The position numbers were made by a program, and so were the translations under genes. 64,000 nucleotides of DNA from a virus (lineage: Duplodnaviria; Caudoviricetes), in the IMG/VR virus record IMGVR_UViG_3300007754_000852. The stretch is one strand, 5' to 3'. The notes under the pieces are model-generated. The model did not search any database, had not been told where the DNA came from, and saw only the letters and a program-made list of their open reading frames with translations. Positions 58,335-64,000 of the stretch are shown here, one piece after another; within the stretch, counting starts at the first letter, position 1; each line of letters opens with the position of its first letter.

Positions 58335-61300
58335 TATGCCACGTTCACCTGTTTCATCTTATATGACGACGTAGAACACCCCCACGATTCACTGGACGAA
58401 ACCTCAGCCAGCCATATTGTGTACAAGCCTGGGACAGTTTTAAACTTCGTCCACACGCGAAGCCAGGCGCTTTCTGAATTATTGTCACATACCTTCATTC
58501 TATAGAACACCTTTCCATTTTTTGTAGTTCTCTCTTCAATAGATTGAATGCAGAACCATGCAACTGTCTTCTCGCTTCCACTCATGCTAACAACTGACTT
58601 CACGCCAGACTCATTTATCTTTTTCATAAGCTGTGGAGGAAAAATTAGATCCTCATCTGCACCTGCCATTAGATCAACACACATCTCAATTTTTTCAGAC
58701 CTTGACCAGTCGCTAAGATCGTGACTTTCAAGAATCTTCTCGTTGATAAAGACAGGAACTCGACCTGTATCTTTTATCATTCTCTTCACAGCTGTTTTTG
58801 TCATACCGTGTCTACCCTTCTTAAGAAGATCATAATTTCCAACAATTATCTCATGAAGCTGTCTATGATTTAAGATCTTTCCACTTTTCATCTCATCAAG
58901 AGATCCAAATGCCTCAACCTTACAAAGTGAATCGAAACACGTCTTATTCATCTTTGAAGGTTTCCACGTTCCTTCATCGGTAAATAGCATCTGGTCTATG
59001 CATGTAAATGGCCTTCGCATCATTATTTCCTGAACTGCTGACTTACCCACACCCTTTATTGCTGTGAGAGGAGGAACAAATCCTTCTCGATCATCACTGT
59101 AAACCCAGACGTCAGATGATGTATTGATGTCAGGAGGAAGAAACTTATATCCAAGAGATTTTATTTCCGCCATTATCTTTCCAAACTTTGGTGAGCCGTT
59201 CCACGTCTGAAGGCATGTCGCCAGCCACTCTTTTTCATAATATGTGTGAAGCCATGCAGAGTAATATGAGTCAACTGCATACGATACAGCGTGACTTGCG
59301 TTAAAGCCATATCCTGAGAAATATTCTATTGTCTCATATAGCTTCTCGGCCTTTTCCCTATCCATTCCGCTTAGGTTGACTGACCCATCTACAAATTTCT
59401 TTCTAAGATCAATTCTTTCCTGAACCTTTGCTGCGTTTGAATCAAGAGATTTCTTTACAAGAGTCTTTCTCATCTTGTCAGACTCACCTTTATCAAACCC
59501 TGCTAGCTTCTGTGCTAACATCATAAACTGCTCTTGAAAACACAGATAGGAATATGTCTTGCCTGTAACCTCCTCTATGACAGGATGGTCGTATGATATT
59601 TTCTTACCGGCATCAACTTCTTGCTTAGTCTTTACATACTTCTTATCGACCTTTGCTGCTAAAGGTCCTGGACGATATATTGCGGTAATTGTAGCAAGAT
59701 CATCAATCGATCGTGGCTTTGCATTTTGACAAAACTTTCTTGCACCAGAATTTACAAACTGAAAGATTTGAACGAATCGCCCACCATGATACACATATTC
59801 CCACACCCTTTGATCATCCATGTCATGATATCTGCTGTTTAAGTGATCATCAAAGAACTTATTTATCTGATCGAATGAAGGATTTTCAACACCTTTCTTT
59901 CTTAAAACTAGCCTAATGGTGTCCTCCACCATCTTCAATGTCGCAAGACCAAGAAAGTCAAACTTTAGAAATCCATTCTCTTCTAGATGCCTAAAGTTCA
60001 TTCCTTCAGACCACGGTGTCTGCAACTCACCTCTGACTTTGACTATCGGCATGTGGGTCTCAAGATCAGGACACACCAAGACGCCGCCAGCGTGTCTGCC
60101 AATAGACCTCAACTCCATAAATAGTGTTTGAACATGCTCAGAAACCTTAGGGTATTTTTTCATAAACTTCTGGTATGGTTCACTATATTTCATGCAATCC
60201 TCATGAGTCAAAACATATGTTGATTTTTCCTCGTGGTCTCCCATAGCACGAGGCATCACCTCTCTTTCTAAAGGGTTTGTGAGCTTATTGACTTCATCAA
60301 ATGGAATCCCGTAAAACTTAGACACATCTTTGATCAATGATTTGAGTTTTAATGTATTAAAATTTGATACAGGAATTACAGAATCGTCTCCAAAGAGCTC
60401 TCTTGACACATCGATTAAAACATCTCGATCTCCGACGTCTGTATCAATATCAGGCCAGCTTGCTTTATGAAGACCCAAAAATCTCTCAAAGAGAAGATTA
60501 TACTTTATTGGATCAACATGAGTTATTCCTAAGACATAATTAACAAGACTACCCGCACCTGATCCCCTTCCCGGACCTATCAGGGTTTGATTCTTAGCCT
60601 TATCAAACACTTTAGTTAAGGTTAAAAAGTAGTTTTCAAACCCTAGTTCTTTAATGACAGAAAGCTCTTCTTTGACCCTGACGAGATATTCAGGCTTCTC
60701 ATGAAGGTCTGACTTTATCATTCCTTCCTTTACCTGATCAACTAATTGTCCGAATGCTGACCTTTGGGGTGTTGTAAAGTCTGGAAGTTTTGCGCTGTTA
60801 CCGTCAAACCAAACCTCATCACACATATCCCACGCAATGCCATAGGTTCTCCCAATTGAATCCTTTACTGTGTTCTCATGACCGCGATAGAAGTCATATT
60901 GATCATAGCCTTTCTTAAATGACTCCCACATCTGTTGAGCATTCTTTGGGTATAGCTCGCACTTTAGCTCACTCTTCTCTGGAAGTTTTGGCATCTCATC
61001 ATCTCTAGATCCCATTCTTCCTAAAATTTTATACATCTCTCGTGCCTCCCACATCTCAGGCCTGCAATAATGTGAGTCAGCAGTTGAGATAAGCGGGATA
61101 CCAGTTTTATCTGACAGCTCTAGAAGACATCGATTTGTAAGGTGTTGTGCGACAAGATCGTTAAATTGCAACTCTAAAAAGAAATTTTCTCTGCCAACAG
61201 CATCAACAAATCTATCAGTCATGTTCTCAAGCTTTCTCATCACTGACTTGAGAACATAGGGATCATCAACTAATCCTGGTGATAGCTCATCAAATTGCTT

Positions 61301-61936
61301 ATCTGGAAATTCCTGGAATATGTGACCTGATGCTCGGCCTCCCACACATGCTGTAGATACAATAAGCCCATCAGAATTTTCCTTTAGCATCTTGAAGTCA
61401 ATCCTTGGAAATCTATAAAACCCTTCCTTATATGACATCTTAATAAGCCTAAAAAGATTTTGGAGACCTTTGAAATTTTTCGCTATAACAACAAGATGAT
61501 ATCTCCTCTTCCACTCTGGGTATTCACCTCTATCTTTCTTTGTCTCATTTTCATTTTCAACAATGAGACCCTCACTTTCGTCTCCGTCATCTACAGAGAT
61601 CTTTCTTTTGGTCTCTCTCTCAAGCCTAACCCTCTCACGATGCTTATTGTAGTCATTTCTCCATTCTGATAGATCATCAACGAAATAGCACTCACATCCG
61701 TATATGTGCCTATACTGCTTCCCTTTTGTCTTTAGCTTCTTTGCATAGTTATGCGCATGAGCTGCTGAATTCATGTGACCGTGATTTGTTAAGGCTAGAG
61801 AATTCATTCCGTTCTCAAGAATGAAATCGATGTGCTCATTAGGATAGCCTAGACCGTCATAGACACTTGATCCATCATGTGCATGTAATCCGACAAATCG
61901 TCTGGGCGGAGAAATTTTATTAATTGACATTAGCAT
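58334..61936 (-). CDS. dnaE: DNA polymerase III alpha subunit (family C)
   Basis: PHP LHAH...TNHGH...TADSH; GRGSGAGS; PDIDTD; GRHAGG; KFDFLGL; FSGYGFNASH. Confidence 0.96.
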   Translation of the reverse strand: MLMSINKISPPRRFVGLHAHDGSSVYDGLGYPNEHIDFILENGMNSLALTNHGHMNSAAHAHNYAKKLKTKGKQYRHIYGCECYFVDDLSEWRNDYNKHRERVRLERETKRKISVDDGDESEGLIVENENETKKDRGEYPEWKRRYHLVVIAKNFKGLQNLFRLIKMSYKEGFYRFPRIDFKMLKENSDGLIVSTACVGGRASGHIFQEFPDKQFDELSPGLVDDPYVLKSVMRKLENMTDRFVDAVGRENFFLELQFNDLVAQHLTNRCLLELSDKTGIPLISTADSHYCRPEMWEAREMYKILGRMGSRDDEMPKLPEKSELKCELYPKNAQQMWESFKKGYDQYDFYRGHENTVKDSIGRTYGIAWDMCDEVWFDGNSAKLPDFTTPQRSAFGQLVDQVKEGMIKSDLHEKPEYLVRVKEELSVIKELGFENYFLTLTKVFDKAKNQTLIGPGRGSGAGSLVNYVLGITHVDPIKYNLLFERFLGLHKASWPDIDTDVGDRDVLIDVSRELFGDDSVIPVSNFNTLKLKSLIKDVSKFYGIPFDEVNKLTNPLEREVMPRAMGDHEEKSTYVLTHEDCMKYSEPYQKFMKKYPKVSEHVQTLFMELRSIGRHAGGVLVCPDLETHMPIVKVRGELQTPWSEGMNFRHLEENGFLKFDFLGLATLKMVEDTIRLVLRKKGVENPSFDQINKFFDDHLNSRYHDMDDQRVWEYVYHGGRFVQIFQFVNSGARKFCQNAKPRSIDDLATITAIYRPGPLAAKVDKKYVKTKQEVDAGKKISYDHPVIEEVTGKTYSYLCFQEQFMMLAQKLAGFDKGESDKMRKTLVKKSLDSNAAKVQERIDLRKKFVDGSVNLSGMDREKAEKLYETIEYFSGYGFNASHAVSYAVDSYYSAWLHTYYEKEWLATCLQTWNGSPKFGKIMAEIKSLGYKFLPPDINTSSDVWVYSDDREGFVPPLTAIKGVGKSAVQEIMMRRPFTCIDQMLFTDEGTWKPSKMNKTCFDSLCKVEAFGSLDEMKSGKILNHRQLHEIIVGNYDLLKKGRHGMTKTAVKRMIKDTGRVPVFINEKILESHDLSDWSRSEKIEMCVDLMAGADEDLIFPPQLMKKINESGVKSVVSMSGSEKTVAWFCIQSIEERTTKNGKVFYRMKVCDNNSESAWLRVWTKFKTVPGLYTIWLAEVSSSESWGCSTSSYKMKQVNVA

Positions 61937-62003
61937 CTTACCGCATGAATATCATAATTTTACCACACGCATGCAAGATGAACAAGAATTATGACTTAAA
62001 TCG

Positions 62004-63869
62004 TTAGTCAACCTCTTCATACTCTGCTTCAGAGAAGTCATCGCTTTCATGAGATGTCTCTTCATTTTTTGATGCATTCTCATACATTTCCCTTCCGGCA
62101 TTTTGAGATACCTCTTCAAGCTTCTCAAGAGCGCTTAAGAGAGCCTCTCTGTCATCCCCAGACAACGCATCCTTGGCATCAGCAACTGCAGACGTAATAT
62201 CAGCAAGAGTCTGATCTGATATCTGCCCACCTGAATCCTTTGTCATTTTTTCAACCTGATAGACTAGACTGTCGCATCTATTTCTATCTTCTACGTCTTT
62301 CTTTCTAATTGCATCTTCCTCTTCATGTTGCTTTGCATCATTAATCATTCTTTCAATATCGTCATCAGACAGTGATCCTTTACCCTCTATTCTAATAGAC
62401 TGATTTTTTCCTGTCGCCTTGTCTTTTGCTGAAACACTAACAATTCCGTTTGCATCGATATCAAATGTAACCTCGATCTGCGGGATCCCTCTCGGTGCGA
62501 CTGGTATGCCGTCTAGCCTAAACCTTCCAAGACTCTTGTTGTTCTTTGCAAACTGCCTTTCACCCTGAAGAACATGAATATCAACAGACGTCTGACCATC
62601 AGCTGCTGTGCTAAATGTCTCATTTTTTGAACACGGTATTGTTGAATTTCTATCAATTAGCCTAGTCATAACACCGCCCAGAGTCTCAATTCCAAGAGAC
62701 AAAGGTGTTACATCTAGCAAGAGAACATCGTGAACATCACCTGAGAATACCCCTCCTTGAACTGCTGCACCTAATGCGACAACTTCATCAGGATTTACAG
62801 AGCTGTTAGACTTTTTGTCAAAGAGCTTCTCAACTGCAGACTTAACTGCAGGGATTCTTGTTGATCCGCCTACGAGTATTACCTCATCAATGTCACCAAC
62901 ATTTAGCCCTGCATCCTTTAGGGCTCTCTTTGTAGGCTTCAGCGTTCTTTCAACAAATGACTCAATCATCTGTTCAAATTTTGACCTTAGAAGCTCAACT
63001 TGAAGATGTTTTGGCCCTGTTGAATCTGCTGTTAAAAATGGCAAGTTTACCTCTGTTTTTTGGGTGCTGGAAAGCTCTATTTTTGCCTTTTCAGATGCAT
63101 CTTTTAGTCGCTGTAAGACCATCTTATCTCCGCTGACGTCGATACCTGTTTTGTTCTTAAACTCTTCAATCAGCCATGATATTAATATCTGATCAACATC
63201 GTCGCCGCCTAGTCGAGTATCTCCATTTGTGCTAAGCACCTCAACAACGCCTTCTGCTATTTCAAGAATTGATATGTCAAATGTTCCACCTCCGAGATCA
63301 AATACAGCAATTTTTTGATCCTTTTTTTTGTCAAATCCATACGCTAATGCTGCAGCCGTCGGCTCATTAATAATTCTCTTTACATCAAGACCAGCAATCT
63401 GCCCAGCATCCTTTGTGGCCTGCCTTTGATCATCGTTAAAATATGCAGGAACAGTTACTACTGCTTCATTTATCTCACATCCAAAATATGACTCAGCTGA
63501 CCTTTTCAACTTTAAAAGAATCTGTGCACTTATCTCCTGTGGCGTATACTTCTTATCATCTATCTTTACGCTACATAGCTCACCCTCACCTGAGACAACA
63601 TTGTACGGCACATTCTTAATATCATCTTTTGAATCTGAAAATCTCGCCCCCATGAACCTCTTGATAGAAAATACTGTGTTTTCTGGATTAACAACGGCCT
63701 GTCTTCTGGCAGGATCACCTACAAGCCTCTCACCCTCCTTTGTAAATGCAACAACAGAAGGTGTTGTTCTGCTTCCTTCTTCGTTTGTAATTATCTTTGG
63801 TGTATCACCCTCTATGACTGAAGCGCAACTATTTGTTGTGCCCAAATCAATTCCTAGTACTTTTCCCAT
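62004..63869 (-). CDS. dnaK: Hsp70 chaperone DnaK
   Basis: [44 protein letters not shown]. Confidence 0.98.
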   Translation of the reverse strand: MGKVLGIDLGTTNSCASVIEGDTPKIITNEEGSRTTPSVVAFTKEGERLVGDPARRQAVVNPENTVFSIKRFMGARFSDSKDDIKNVPYNVVSGEGELCSVKIDDKKYTPQEISAQILLKLKRSAESYFGCEINEAVVTVPAYFNDDQRQATKDAGQIAGLDVKRIINEPTAAALAYGFDKKKDQKIAVFDLGGGTFDISILEIAEGVVEVLSTNGDTRLGGDDVDQILISWLIEEFKNKTGIDVSGDKMVLQRLKDASEKAKIELSSTQKTEVNLPFLTADSTGPKHLQVELLRSKFEQMIESFVERTLKPTKRALKDAGLNVGDIDEVILVGGSTRIPAVKSAVEKLFDKKSNSSVNPDEVVALGAAVQGGVFSGDVHDVLLLDVTPLSLGIETLGGVMTRLIDRNSTIPCSKNETFSTAADGQTSVDIHVLQGERQFAKNNKSLGRFRLDGIPVAPRGIPQIEVTFDIDANGIVSVSAKDKATGKNQSIRIEGKGSLSDDDIERMINDAKQHEEEDAIRKKDVEDRNRCDSLVYQVEKMTKDSGGQISDQTLADITSAVADAKDALSGDDREALLSALEKLEEVSQNAGREMYENASKNEETSHESDDFSEAEYEEVD

Positions 63870-64000
63870 TTTTATCTCCTAGATTTGTTTTATCGGAATT
63901 TTCCTATCATAAATGTAGACACGATTTTATAAGAGGAAACCCTTTTATTGATTTTTTTGTCTTATTTTTTCAAGCTTTTCAATTAAAGACCGTTCTTCTT

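Noticed and set aside
58334-61936. Intein or intron in dnaE, and intron in tRNA-Leu(UAA)
   Set aside because: The ORF is continuous at typical DnaE length with no splicing motifs; the Leu anticodon loop is intact.

Overview
Segment of a large (jumbo/huge) dsDNA tailed bacteriophage genome. Almost all genes are on the minus strand; the exception is a two-gene plus-strand island at about 14.8-17.0 kb. It uses standard code 11 and is densely packed with overlapping stop/start codons. The left ~10.3 kb is a higher-GC accessory array of small SH3/KOW-like 'MKxGDLV' genes around rtcB and a metallophosphoesterase. The middle holds envelope/periplasmic genes (cytochrome c with an in-frame TAA, TMEM65-like, vWA lipoproteins, TlpA, proteases), then an unusual tRNA region, guaB-like, DinG, greA, a sigma70 and groEL. 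The tRNA region has Ser, Asn and Leu tRNAs, a long-variable-arm Thr(UGU), a Thr gene split around an HNH gene, and a D-armless UAU tRNA-like gene. The right part holds putative late/virion genes (a 1365-aa four-domain nucleotidyltransferase/ligase/nuclease protein, a second Pol-beta NTase, a lysis-like cassette, SOD). It ends with a nucleotide/DNA-modification block (dCMP deaminase, DHH, tdk, cupin, NDP-sugar epimerase, dNMP kinase-thymidylate-synthase-fold fusion), dnaE and dnaK. All family calls come from motif recognition by eye; no database searches were run.
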